Part shown: in pieces, positions 20,090-34,600 of the stretch
How the letters are laid out: each line of letters opens with the position of its first letter
How positions within the stretch are numbered: the first letter of the stretch is position 1
DNA from: Hydrurus foetidus
Lineage: Eukaryota
Assembly: GCA_900617105.1 (NCBI GenBank)
Contig: UYFQ01000256.1
Coordinates: 1-48,911 of the forward strand
DNA length: 48,911 nucleotides
Reading direction: 5' to 3'
Notes under the pieces: generated by a model
The model's input: the letters and a program-made list of their open reading frames with translations, nothing else
Told to the model about the DNA's origin: nothing
Databases searched by the model: none
Position numbers and translations under genes: made by a program

Positions 20090-21041
20090 ATGAACTTTGT
20101 TCGACAACCTCCAACACAACCTCCACCGCCACCAACAAGATGTAGGTTGTATGTGAATGCGAACACTTAGGGATTAAACTTTGCGCATAAGTTTATGCTC
20201 CGTATTCATTGCTGATGCGAGAACTTCGTTTAATAGTTCCAGGCATTGCTGTTGATAGCTTTGTGGGAAACTACATTCCCCTGCCTCCTCAACAATATAC
20301 ACAACGACAAGAAGGTCGGTAACAGAGCTGTTGAAACTGAGTTATTTTTAAGGATGCAGCGTATCTAAGACTTAATTCCCGTCATTGACACTTCCTTGAT
20401 GTAGGTGTTTATGGACCTGGCGGCGATAGCAGTTCAAGCTATGACAAGAAAAGGACAAGGTAATGGGGGTTTAGAGCCCTGGCCGTTTCCTCCTCCTTAG
20501 AATTCACTGCAATTTCCACAGATTGCGCAAATTCTTTGCATTTCCGATCATGCGCATCACTGTACTCCTCACCGTAGTCAATCTTCACATATTAATCGCC
20601 ACCATTACATTGATGGTCGGTAGATCACATGTTCAGGGGGGTGGCCGTGGTGGAGGCCGCATGAGCAATAGCAGTCAAGGAGGCAGGGGTCACTATGGTA
20701 GAAACAGCAATAGCAGCTACAATAATAACAGTGGAAATGATGATCATCACAACCGCAGAACATATGCTGATGGTAACCAAGGTCGAGGCAAATCACTATT
20801 TAAACACGACATGATCCTCGATCCATGGGAGCAGTTAGCGAAGAGGATGGTGCCTCAAGGCCTGCTCGATGCGACTGAATTGGATAATCATTTCTGTCCC
20901 CAAGTATCTGTTGTGCAAACTAGTGTGAGAGTTTCGAACCCCTTATCCGATGGTCGCCTACCAGCCAGATTTGAAAATGAAGGAACTGACATTGAGGACG
21001 ACATTGAGGATCTCAAAGCGCAACTGCTTGATCAAATATGA
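20090..21041 (+). CDS. Host gene, 4 predicted exons (20090-20141, 20237-20314, 20405-20459, 20624-21041), 200 aa Pro/Gly/Arg/Asn-rich protein with an MPLKIP/TTDN1-like motif
   Basis: Three GT-AG introns give one open frame (603 nt): MNFVRQPPTQPPPPPTR-FPGIAVDSF..RQE-GVYGPGGDSSSSYDKKRT-RSHVQGGGRGGG...LFKHDMILDPWEQL. The family call rests on the short motif only. Confidence 0.72.
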
Positions 21042-22109
21042 TGGATCTTAAGGTCATTTGCCGAATAGAGATGAGCATTTTTAATTCTATCCTCCTTAAT
21101 TGGCAAGCTCTCATCGTGTTTCCTGTATCAATTGTATGAAGTGTTCGTAACGGAACAGATTTCTTTTGATAAGTGGCATCTGGAGTGTTTGAAGCAGCTC
21201 TTGAAAAATTGTGGAATCATCTCTTAAACAATTTATTTAAAAATGGCCCCCTCTCATTCAGTACGCATTGTTATCCCAAATGATCCTGTGATGTAACTGG
21301 AAGCAAATTCACCACCTTACTTTATCGGCATTTTAGACGAAATACTGCTTTTCATCTCCAACAATTTTACTGTCATACCATGAATCAAGCAAGCAGATGA
21401 CCACCGACATGTATTACATGATTTTTTTAATTTATGTTGTCCTATGGTCTCTAACAGAACTTGCTCTGGATGATCGAGAACATAAAATGAATTCGACGTT
21501 TGTGAATTGCTCTTCCTCTCCCCTGATTCAATCTGTCAGAGAGCTTTTAAGTTGCAGCCTTTTTACTTTCTGAAGTCGAGTTTGATGATTGAAACCAGAT
21601 TCCTTTCCGAGTTGAGAGTGCTGCTGTTATGGCGCGCCATGTCGAACCCCTGAAATTTTACAGAAAAATTTAAAATTCGAACACGAAATTTTTGTTCACA
21701 CAAATTTTCACGTGCAACATTTCTTTCCAACCGTTGCTGCCAGGAATCGGGACCAAAACCGGAAATGAATCGGTAGAAACAGAATTGCTTAATGTTTTAC
21801 TGGTTGAAAGATTGTGTGAGATGTGAATGAGTGAATGATTGTAATTATGTGAATTGTGAATCATATGACGTCGAATGCTATGCACTTCAATGTTGAGATG
21901 TTGGAACTTCAATGTCGAGATGGTGAAACTTCAACGTGTTGAATGGTTGTACAGTGTATGTGTATACAAAACGATGACATGCGCCGGTAAGCCATATGCT
22001 AAAGATTGTGTAGCGTAAATGAAATATGAATACAAGTGAGGATTAGGGGGAAGAGTTAGTGGTATTATGTTTTACGAGTTGACGAAATATTGAACAGTTG
22101 GCTCCGAAA

Positions 22110-22592
22110 TTATAGGAATTCAGAGGGAGATAGAGTTTTAGTGAGCCCATCCGCTATCATATCGTGTGTGCTTATGTGGCGGGGCGCAATTTGGTTAGTC
22201 TTGGACAGCCAGCGGACGTAATGCGATTTGAGGGCTATGTGGCGCGATTTGCGTGTAATTTGGTTGGCTGTGGTCAGGTTAATGGCGGGTTGATTGTCTT
22301 CAAGTATGGTAGTGGGTTGTTGTTGTAGGAATCCTATGTCAGCAGCGAATTGTCTGAAGAACATGACGTCTTTGGCGCAGCGACCAAGAGCAAGGTATTC
22401 TGCTTCGCAGGGGCTGAGGGCGATACCTGACGTCTCCGCGGAGGAGTGGACAACAAAGGGTGCATTAACTGTGCCTATTTGGATAGTATACGCAGAGTGT
22501 GAGTGGCCATCTGGATGGCATGCGTGTGAGGAGTCTGCAGCCGCGAAGATGGTGACGCCGGATGTGAAGGCAAGTGGATCAGTGGAGTAGGC
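22110..22592 (-). pseudogene. Divergent Copia RNase H remnant abutting the satellite
   Basis: AADSSHA, ALSPCEAEYLAL, ILEDNQPAI, RKSRHIALKSHYVR, MIADGLTKTL, then a stop. Confidence 0.88.
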
Positions 22593-22669
22593 AACCTTTT
22601 AGGTAGCGAAGGAGATGAATTTGTTTTGAGAGGTATGATTGAGTTGGTGCAGAGTTATGAGTGCAGAGA

Positions 22670-25600
22670 TGAAATAATTCGAGCGGAATCGGAAAGAGAG
22701 GATCTCCATTGAGCGTGCAAAAGCGGATTTCGAACGAAAAGCTGATCAGTTAGTCGCTAACACTCAACTTAAGCTACTTGAATTTCTATTATACAAAATT
22801 AGATTTTTATGTAAACCATACAAAAATATTTTTGGAATTTATTGAATAAGATATAGATTAAATTATAGGACCCTGACTAACCCATACTTCAAATGTCGGA
22901 GGTACTAAACTAAAATATTCCTGAAGGCTCTGAAGGAGGATCCTCGGCTGATTGAAATGGAATTAGCCGAGCGAAAACAAATACTTGAAGACCCAGTTGC
23001 AGACAAAGCTCAAGCCAGAGACATTGAAATAATGCGAGCGAAGGCGGAAGAGAGGATCTCCATTGAGCGTGCAAAAGCGGACTTCGAACGATCAAAAGCT
23101 GATCAGTTAGTCGCTAACACTCAACTTAAGCTACTTGAATTTCTCACCAAGTATACACAAAATTAGAGTTTTATGTAAACCATACAAAATTAGATAAGTT
23201 TATTGAATAAGATGTAGATTAAATTATAGGATGACTAAATACTTCAAATGTCGGAGGTACTAAACTAAAATATTCCTGAAGGCTCTGAAGGAGGATCCTC
23301 GGCTGATTGAAATGGAATTAGCCGAGCGAAAACAAATACTTGAAGACCCAGTTGCAGACAAAGCTCAAGCCAGAGACATTGAAATAATGCGAGCGAAGGC
23401 GGAAGAGAGGATCTCCATTGAGCGTGCAGAAAGCGGATTCGAACGATCAAAAGCTGATCAGTTAGTCGCTAACACTCAACTTAAGCTACTTGAATTTCTC
23501 ACCAAGTATACACAAAATTAGAGTTTTATGTAAACCATACAAAAAGAGATAAGTATTGAAGATTAGAAATTATGGACCCTGACTAACCCATAAATGTCGG
23601 AGGTACTAAACTAAAATATTCCTGAAGGCTCTGAAGGAGGATCCTCGGCTGATTGAAATGGAATTAGCCGAGCGAAAACAAATACTTGAAGACCCAGTTG
23701 CAGACAAAGCTCAAGCCAGAGACATTGAAATAATGCGAGCGAAGGCGGAAGAGAGGATCTCCATTGAGCGTGCAGAAGCGGACTTCGAACGATCAAAAGC
23801 TGATCAGTTAGTCGCTAACACTCAACTTAAGCTACTTGAATTTCTCACCAAGTATACACAAAATTAGAGTTTTATGTAAACCATACAAAATTAGATAAGT
23901 TTATTGAATAAGATGTAGATTAAATTATAGGACCCTGACTAACCCATACTTCAAATGTCGGAGGTACTAAACTAAAATATTCCTGAAGGCTCTGAAGGAG
24001 GATCCTCGGCTGATTGAAATGGAATTAGCCGAGCGAAAACAAATACTTGAAGACCCAGTTGCAGACAAAGCTCAAGCCAGAGACATTGAAATAATGCGAG
24101 CGAAGGCGGAAGAGAGGATCTCCATTGAGCGTGCAAAAGCGGACTTCGAACGATCAAAAGCTGATCAGTTAGTCGCTAACACTCAACTTAAGCTACTTGA
24201 ATTTCTCACCAAGTATACACAAAATTAGAGTTTTATGTAAACCATACAAAATTAGATAAGTTTATTGAATAAGATGTAGATTAAATTATAGGACCCTGAC
24301 TAACCCATACTTCAAATGTCGGAGGTACTAAACTAAAATATTCCTGAAGGCTCTGAAGGAGGATCCTCGGCTGATTGAAATGGAATTAGCCGAGCGAAAA
24401 CAAATACTTGAAGACCCAGTTGCAGACAAAGCTCAAGCCAGAGACATTGAAATAATGCGAGCGAAGGCGGAAGAGAGGATCTCCATTGAGCGTGCAAAAG
24501 CGGACTTCGAACGATCAAAAGCTGATCAGTTAGTCGCTAACACTCAACTTAAGCTACTTGAATTTCTCACCAAGTATACACAAAATTAGAGTTTTATGTA
24601 AACCATACAAAATTAGATAAGTTTATTGAATAAGATGTAGATTAAATTATAGGACCCTGACTAACCCATACTTCAAATGTCGGAGGTACTAAACTAAAAT
24701 ATTCCTGAAGGCTCTGAAGGAGGATCCTCGGCTGATTGAAATGGAATTAGCCGAGCGAAAACAAATACTTGAAGACCCAGTTGCAGACAAAGCTCAAGCC
24801 AGAGACATTGAAATAATGCGAGCGAAGGCGGAAGAGAGGATCTCCATTGAGCGTGCAGAAGCGGACTTCGAACGATCAAAAGCTGATCAGTTAGTCGCTA
24901 ACACTCAACTTAAGCTACTTGAATTTCTCACCAAGTATACACAAAATTAGAGTTTTATGTAAACCATACAAAATTAGATAAGTTTATTGAATAAGATGTA
25001 GATTAAATTATAGGACCCTGACTAACCCATACTTCAAATGTCGGAGGTACTAAACTAAAATATTCCTGAAGGCTCTGAAGGAGGATCCTCGGCTGATTGA
25101 AATGGAATTAGCCGAGCGAAAACAAATACTTGAAGACCCAGTTGCAGACAAAGCTCAAGCCAGAGACATTGAAATAATGCGAGCGAAGGCGGAAGAGAGG
25201 ATCTCCATTGAGCGTGCAAAAGCGGACTTCGAACGATCAAAAGCTGATCAGTTAGTCGCTAACACTCAACTTAAGCTACTTGAATTTCTCACCAAGTATA
25301 CACAAAATTAGAGTTTTATGTAAACCATACAAAATTAGATAAGTTTATTGAATAAGATGTAGATTAAATTATAGGACCCTGACTAACCCATACTTCAAAT
25401 GTCGGAGGTACTAAACTAAAATATTCCTGAAGGCTCTGAAGGAGGATCCTCGGCTGATTGAAATGGAATTAGCCGAGCGAAAACAAATACTTGAAGACCC
25501 AGTTGCAGACAAAGCTCAAGCCAGAGACATTGAAATAATGCGAGCGAAGGCGGAAGAGAGGATCTCCATTGAGCGTGCAAAAGCGGACTTCGAACGATCA

Positions 25601-28600
25601 AAAGCTGATCAGTTAGTCGCTAACACTCAACTTAAGCTACTTGAATTTCTCACCAAGTATACACAAAATTAGAGTTTTATGTAAACCATACAAAATTAGA
25701 TAAGTTTATTGAATAAGATGTAGATTAAATTATAGGACCCTGACTAACCCATACTTCAAATGTCGGAGGTACTAAACTAAAATATTCCTGAAGGCTCTGA
25801 AGGAGGATCCTCGGCTGATTGAAATGGAATTAGCCGAGCGAAAACAAATACTTGAAGACCCAGTTGCAGACAAAGCTCAAGCCAGAGACATTGAAATAAT
25901 GCGAGCGAAGGCGGAAGAGAGGATCTCCATTGAGCGTGCAAAAGCGGACTTCGAACGATCAAAAGCTGATCAGTTAGTCGCTAACACTCAACTTAAGCTA
26001 CTTGAATTTCTCACCAAGTATACACAAAATTAGAGTTTTATGTAAACCATACAAAATTAGATAAGTTTATTGAATAAGATGTAGATTAAATTATAGGACC
26101 CTGACTAACCCATACTTCAAATGTCGGAGGTACTAAACTAAAATATTCCTGAAGGCTCTGAAGGAGGATCCTCGGCTGATTGAAATGGAATTAGCCGAGC
26201 GAAAACAAATACTTGAAGACCCAGTTGCAGACAAAGCTCAAGCCAGAGACATTGAAATAATGCGAGCGAAGGCGGAAGAGAGGATCTCCATTGAGCGTGC
26301 AAAAGCGGATTTCGAACGATCAAAAGCTGATCAGTTAGTCGCTAACACTCAACTTAAGCTACTTGAATTTCTCACCAAGTATACACAAAATTAGAGTTTT
26401 ATGTAAACCATACAAAATTAGATAAGTTTATTGAATAAGATGTAGATTAAATTATAGGACCCTGACTAACCCATACTTCAAATGTCGGAGGTACTAAACT
26501 AAAATATTCCTGAAGGCTCTGAAGGAGGATCCTCGGCTGATTGAAATGGAATTAGCCGAGCGAAAACAAATACTTGAAGACCCAGTTGCAGACAAAGCTC
26601 AAGCCAGAGACATTGAAATAATGCGAGCGAAGGCGGAAGAGAGGATCTCCATTGAGCGTGCAAAAGCGGACTTCGAACGATCAAAAGCTGATCAGTTAGT
26701 CGCTAACACTCAACTTAAGCTACTTGAATTTCTCACCAAGTATACACAAAATTAGAGTTTTATGTAAACCATACAAAATTAGATAAGTTTATTGAATAAG
26801 ATGTAGATTAAATTATAGGACCCTGACTAACCCATACTTCAAATGTCGGAGGTACTAAACTAAAATATTCCTGAAGGCTCTGAAGGAGGATCCTCGGCTG
26901 ATTGAAATGGAATTAGCCGAGCGAAAACAAATACTTGAAGACCCAGTTGCAGACAAAGCTCAAGCCAGAGACATTGAAATAATGCGAGCGAAGGCGGAAG
27001 AGAGGATCTCCATTGAGCGTGCAGAAGCGGACTTCGAACGATCAAAAGCTGATCAGTTAGTCGCTAACACTCAACTTAAGCTACTTGAATTTCTCACCAA
27101 GTATACACAAAATTAGAGTTTTATGTAAACCATACAAAATTAGATAAGTTTATTGAATAAGATGTAGATTAAATTATAGGACCCTGACTAACCCATACTT
27201 CAAATGTCGGAGGTACTAAACTAAAATATTCCTGAAGGCTCTGAAGGAGGATCCTCGGCTGATTGAAATGGAATTAGCCGAGCGAAAACAAATACTTGAA
27301 GACCCAGTTGCAGACAAAGCTCAAGCCAGAGACATTGAAATAATGCGAGCGAAGGCGGAAGAGAGGATCTCCATTGAGCGTGCAAAAGCGGACTTCGAAC
27401 GATCAAAAGCTGATCAGTTAGTCGCTAACACTCAACTTAAGCTACTTGAATTTCTCACCAAGTATACACAAAATTAGAGTTTTATGTAAACCATACAAAA
27501 TTAGATAAGTTTATTGAATAAGATGTAGATTAAATTATAGGACCCTGACTAACCCATACTTCAAATGTCGGAGGTACTAAACTAAAATATTCCTGAAGGC
27601 TCTGAAGGAGGATCCTCGGCTGATTGAAATGGAATTAGCCGAGCGAAAACAAATACTTGAAGACCCAGTTGCAGACAAAGCTCAAGCCAGAGACATTGAA
27701 ATAATGCGAGCGAAGGCGGAAGAGAGGATCTCCATTGAGCGTGCAAAAGCGGACTTCGAACGATCAAAAGCTGATCAGTTAGTCGCTAACACTCAACTTA
27801 AGCTACTTGAATTTCTCACCAAGTATACACAAAATTAGAGTTTTATGTAAACCATACAAAATTAGATAAGTTTATTGAATAAGATGTAGATTAAATTATA
27901 GGACCCTGACTAACCCATACTTCAAATGTCGGAGGTACTAAACTAAAATATTCCTGAAGGCTCTGAAGGAGGATCCTCGGCTGATTGAAATGGAATTAGC
28001 CGAGCGAAAACAAATACTTGAAGACCCAGTTGCAGACAAAGCTCAAGCCAGAGACATTGAAATAATGCGAGCGAAGGCGGAAGAGAGGATCTCCATTGAG
28101 CGTGCAAAAGCGGACTTCGAACGATCAAAAGCTGATCAGTTAGTCGCTAACACTCAACTTAAGCTACTTGAATTTCTCACCAAGTATACACAAAATTAGA
28201 GTTTTATGTAAACCATACAAAATTAGATAAGTTTATTGAATAAGATGTAGATTAAATTATAGGACCCTGACTAACCCATACTTCAAATGTCGGAGGTACT
28301 AAACTAAAATATTCCTGAAGGCTCTGAAGGAGGATCCTCGGCTGATTGAAATGGAATTAGCCGAGCGAAAACAAATACTTGAAGACCCAGTTGCAGACAA
28401 AGCTCAAGCCAGAGACATTGAAATAATGCGAGCGAAGGCGGAAGAGAGGATCTCCATTGAGCGTGCAAAAGCGGACTTCGAACGATCAAAAGCTGATCAG
28501 TTAGTCGCTAACACTCAACTTAAGCTACTTGAATTTCTCACCAAGTATACACAAAATTAGAGTTTTATGTAAACCATACAAAATTAGATAAGTTTATTGA

Positions 28601-31600
28601 ATAAGATGTAGATTAAATTATAGGACCCTGACTAACCCATACTTCAAATGTCGGAGGTACTAAACTAAAATATTCCTGAAGGCTCTGAAGGAGGATCCTC
28701 GGCTGATTGAAATGGAATTAGCCGAGCGAAAACAAATACTTGAAGACCCAGTTGCAGACAAAGCTCAAGCCAGAGACATTGAAATAATGCGAGCGAAGGC
28801 GGAAGAGAGGATCTCCATTGAGCGTGCAGAAGCGGACTTCGAACGATCAAAAGCTGATCAGTTAGTCGCTAACACTCAACTTAAGCTACTTGAATTTCTC
28901 ACCAAGTATACACAAAATTAGAGTTTTATGTAAACCATACAAAATTAGATAAGTTTATTGAATAAGATGTAGATTAAATTATAGGACCCTGACTAACCCA
29001 TACTTCAAATGTCGGAGGTACTAAACTAAAATATTCCTGAAGGCTCTGAAGGAGGATCCTCGGCTGATTGAAATGGAATTAGCCGAGCGAAAACAAATAC
29101 TTGAAGACCCAGTTGCAGACAAAGCTCAAGCCAGAGACATTGAAATAATGCGAGCGAAGGCGGAAGAGAGGATCTCCATTGAGCGTGCAAAAGCGGACTT
29201 CGAACGATCAAAAGCTGATCAGTTAGTCGCTAACACTCAACTTAAGCTACTTGAATTTCTCACCAAGTATACACAAAATTAGAGTTTTATGTAAACCATA
29301 CAAAATTAGATAAGTTTATTGAATAAGATGTAGATTAAATTATAGGACCCTGACTAACCCATACTTCAAATGTCGGAGGTACTAAACTAAAATATTCCTG
29401 AAGGCTCTGAAGGAGGATCCTCGGCTGATTGAAATGGAATTAGCCGAGCGAAAACAAATACTTGAAGACCCAGTTGCAGACAAAGCTCAAGCCAGAGACA
29501 TTGAAATAATGCGAGCGAAGGCGGAAGAGAGGATCTCCATTGAGCGTGCAAAAGCGGACTTCGAACGATCAAAAGCTGATCAGTTAGTCGCTAACACTCA
29601 ACTTAAGCTACTTGAATTTCTCACCAAGTATACACAAAATTAGAGTTTTATGTAAACCATACAAAATTAGATAAGTTTATTGAATAAGATGTAGATTAAA
29701 TTATAGGACCCTGACTATCCCATACTTCAAATGTCGGAGGTACTAAACTAAAATATTCCTGAAGGCTCTGAAGGAGGATCCTCGGCTGATTGAAATGGAA
29801 TTAGCCGAGCGAAAACAAATACTTGAAGACCCAGTTGCAGACAAAGCTCAAGCCAGAGACATTGAAATAATGCGAGCGAAGGCGGAAGAGAGGATCTCCA
29901 TTGAGCGTGCAAAAGCGGACTTCGAACGATCAAAAGCTGATCAGTTAGTCGCTAACACTCAACTTAAGCTACTTGAATTTCTCACCAAGTATACACAAAA
30001 TTAGAGTTTTATGTAAACCATACAAAATTAGATAAGTTTATTGAATAAGATGTAGATTAAATTATAGGACCCTGACTAACCCATACTTCAAATGTCGGAG
30101 GTACTAAACTAAAATATTCCTGAAGGCTCTGAAGGAGGATCCTCGGCTGATTGAAATGGAATTAGCCGAGCGAAAACAAATACTTGAAGACCCAGTTGCA
30201 GACAAAGCTCAAGCCAGAGACATTGAAATAATGCGAGCGAAGGCGGAAGAGAGGATCTCCATTGAGCGTGCAGAAGCGGATTTCGAACGATCAAAAGCTG
30301 ATCAGTTAGTCGCTAACACTCAACTTAAGCTACTTGAATTTCTCACCAAGTATACACAAAATTAGAGTTTTATGTAAACCATACAAAATTAGATAAGTTT
30401 ATTGAATAAGATGTAGATTAAATTATAGGACCCTGACTATCCCATACTTCAAATGTCGGAGGTACTAGACTAAAATATTCCTGAAGGCTCTGAAGGAGGA
30501 TCCTCGGCTGATTGAAATGGAATTAGCCGAGCGAAAACAAATACTTGAAGACCCAGTTGCAGACAAAGCTCAAGCCAGAGACATTGAAATAATGCGAGCG
30601 AAGGCGGAAGAGAGGATCTCCATTGAGCGTGCAAAAGCGGACTTCGAACGATCAAAAGCTGATCAGTTAGTCGCTAACACTCAACTTAAGCTACTTGAAT
30701 TTCTCACCAAGTATACACAAAATTAGAGTTTTATGTAAACCATACAAAATTAGATAAGTTTATTGAATAAGATGTAGATTAAATTATAGGACCCTGACTA
30801 TCCCATACTTCAAATGTCGGAGGTACTAAACTAAAATATTCCTGAAGGCTCTGAAGGAGGATCCTCGGCTGATTGAAATGGAATTAGCCGAGCGAAAACA
30901 AATACTTGAAGACCCAGTTGCAGACAAAGCTCAAGCCAGAGACATTGAAATAATGCGAGCGAAGGCGGAAGAGAGGATCTCCATTGAGCGTGCAAAAGCG
31001 GATTTCGAACGATCAAAAGCTGATCAGTTAGTCGCTAACACTCAACTTAAGCTACTTGAATTTCTCACCAAGTATACACAAAATTAGAGTTTTATGTAAA
31101 CCATACAAAATTAGATAAGTTTATTGAATAAGATGTAGATTAAATTATAGGACCCTGACTATCCCATACTTCAAATGTCGGAGGTACTAAACTAAAATAT
31201 TCCTGAAGGCTCTGAAGGAGGATCCTCGGCTGATTGAAATGGAATTAGCCGAGCGAAAACAAATACTTGAAGACCCAGTTGCAGACAAAGCTCAAGCCAG
31301 AGACATTGAAATAATGCGAGCGAAGGCGGAAGAGAGGAGCGTGCAAAAGCGGATTTCGAACGATCAAAAGCTGATCAGTTAGTCGCTAACACTCAACTTA
31401 AGCTACTTGAATTTCTCACCAAGTATACACAAAATTAGAGTTTTATGTAAACCATACAAAATTAGATAAGTTTATTGAATAAGATGTAGATTAAATTATA
31501 GGACCCTGACTAACCCATACTTCAAATGTCGGAGGTACTAAACTAAAATATTCCTGAAGGCTCTGAAGGAGGATCCTCGGCTGATTGAAATGGAATTAGC

Positions 31601-34600
31601 TGAGCGAAAACAAATACTTGAAGACCCAGTTGCAGACAAAGCTCAAGCCAGAGACATTGAAATAATGCGAGCGAAGGCGGAAGAGAGGATCTCCATTGAG
31701 CGTGCAGAAGCGGATTTCGAACGATCAAAAGCTGATCAGTTAGTCGCTAACACTCAACTTAAGCTACTTGAATTTCTCACCAAGTATACACAAAATTAGA
31801 GTTTTATGTAAACCATACAAAATTAGATAAGTTTATTGAATAAGATGTAGATTAAATTATAGGACCCTGACTAACCCATACTTCAAATGTCGGAGGTACT
31901 AAACTAAAATATTCCTGAAGGCTCTGAAGGAGGATCCTCGGCTGATTGAAATGGAATTAGCCGAGCGAAAACAAATACTTGAAGACCCAGTTGCAGACAA
32001 AGCTCAAGCCAGAGACATTGAAATAATGCGAGCGAAGGCGGAAGAGAGGATCTCCATTGAGCGTGCAGAAGCGGATTTCGAACGATCAAAAGCTGATCAG
32101 TTAGTCGCTAACACTCAACTTAAGCTACTTGAATTTCTCACCAAGTATACACAAAATTAGAGTTTTATGTAAACCATACAAAATTAGATAAGTTTATTGA
32201 ATAAGATGTAGATTAAATTATAGGACCCTGACTAACCCATACTTCAAATGTCGGAGGTACTAAACTAAAATATTCCTGAAGGCTCTGAAGGAGGATCCTC
32301 GGCTGATTGAAATGGAATTAGCCGAGCGAAAACAAATACTTGAAGACCCAGTTGCAGACAAAGCTCAAGCCAGAGACATTGAAATAATGCGAGCGAAGGC
32401 GGAAGAGAGGATCTCCATTGAGCGTGCAGAAGCGGATTTCGAACGATCAAAAGCTGATCAGTTAGTCGCTAACACTCAACTTAAGCTACTTGAATTTCTC
32501 ACCAAGTATACACAAAATTAGAGTTTTATGTAAACCATACAAAATTAGATAAGTTTATTGAATAAGATGTAGATTAAATTATAGGACCCTGACTAACCCA
32601 TACTTCAAATGTCGGAGGTACTAAACTAAAATATTCCTGAAGGCTCTGAAGGAGGATCCTCGGCTGATTGAAATGGAATTAGCCGAGCGAAAACAAATAC
32701 TTGAAGACCCAGTTGCAGACAAAGCTCAAGCCAGAGACATTGAAATAATGCGAGCGAAGGCGGAAGAGAGGATCTCCATTGAGCGTGCAGAAGCGGATTT
32801 CGAACGATCAAAAGCTGATCAGTTAGTCGCTAACACTCAACTTAAGCTACTTGAATTTCTCACCAAGTATACACAAAATTAGAGTTTTATGTAAACCATA
32901 CAAAATTAGATAAGTTTATTGAATAAGATGTAGATTAAATTATAGGACCCTGACTAACCCATACTTCAAATGTCGGAGGTACTAAACTAAAATATTCCTG
33001 AAGGCTCTGAAGGAGGATCCTCGGCTGATTGAAATGGAATTAGCCGAGCGAAAACAAATACTTGAAGACCCAGTTGCAGACAAAGCTCAAGCCAGAGACA
33101 TTGAAATAATGCGAGCGAAGGCGGAAGAGAGGATCTCCATTGAGCGTGCAAAAGCGGACTTCGAACGATCAAAAGCTGATCAGTTAGTCGCTAACACTCA
33201 ACTTAAGCTACTTGAATTTCTCACCAAGTATACACAAAATTAGAGTTTTATGTAAACCATACAAAATTAGATAAGTTTATTGAATAAGATGTAGATTAAA
33301 TTATAGGACCCTGACTAACCCATACTTCAAATGTCGGAGGTACTAAACTAAAATATTCCTGAAGGCTCTGAAGGAGGATCCTCGGCTGATTGAAATGGAA
33401 TTAGCCGAGCGAAAACAAATACTTGAAGACCCAGTTGCAGACAAAGCTCAAGCCAGAGACATTGAAATAATGCGAGCGAAGGCGGAAGAGAGGATCTCCA
33501 TTGAGCGTGCAAAAGCGGACTTCGAACGATCAAAAGCTGATCAGTTAGTCGCTAACACTCAACTTAAGCTACTTGAATTTCTCACCAAGTATACACAAAA
33601 TTAGAGTTTTATGTAAACCATACAAAATTAGATAAGTTTATTGAATAAGATGTAGATTAAATTATAGGACCCTGACTAACCCATACTTCAAATGTCGGAG
33701 GTACTAAACTAAAATATTCCTGAAGGCTCTGAAGGAGGATCCTCGGCTGATTGAAATGGAATTAGCCGAGCGAAAACAAATACTTGAAGACCCAGTTGCA
33801 GACAAAGCTCAAGCCAGAGACATTGAAATAATGCGAGCGAAGGCGGAAGAGAGGATCTCCATTGAGCGTGCAGAAGCGGACTTCGAACGATCAAAAGCTG
33901 ATCAGTTAGTCGCTAACACTCAACTTAAGCTACTTGAATTTCTCACCAAGTATACACAAAATTAGAGTTTTATGTAAACCATACAAAATTAGATAAGTTT
34001 ATTGAATAAGATGTAGATTAAATTATAGGACCCTGACTAACCCATACTTCAAATGTCGGAGGTACTAAACTAAAATATTCCTGAAGGCTCTGAAGGAGGA
34101 TCCTCGGCTGATTGAAATGGAATTAGCCGAGCGAAAACAAATACTTGAAGACCCAGTTGCAGACAAAGCTCAAGCCAGAGACATTGAAATAATGCGAGCG
34201 AAGGCGGAAGAGAGGATCTCCATTGAGCGTGCAAAAGCGGACTTCGAACGATCAAAAGCTGATCAGTTAGTCGCTAACACTCAACTTAAGCTACTTGAAT
34301 TTCTCACCAAGTATACACAAAATTAGAGTTTTATGTAAACCATACAAAATTAGATAAGTTTATTGAATAAGATGTAGATTAAATTATAGGACCCTGACTA
34401 ACCCATACTTCAAATGTCGGAGGTACTAAACTAAAATATTCCTGAAGGCTCTGAAGGAGGATCCTCGGCTGATTGAAATGGAATTAGCCGAGCGAAAACA
34501 AATACTTGAAGACCCAGTTGCAGACAAAGCTCAAGCCAGAGACATTGAAATAATGCGAGCGAAGGCGGAAGAGAGGATCTCCATTGAGCGTGCAAAAGCG

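Noticed and set aside
21100..22050. Possible minus-strand exons and an LTR for the 22110-22592 remnant
   Set aside because: No consistent spliced frame, and no PPT plus TG...CA boundary that I could support.
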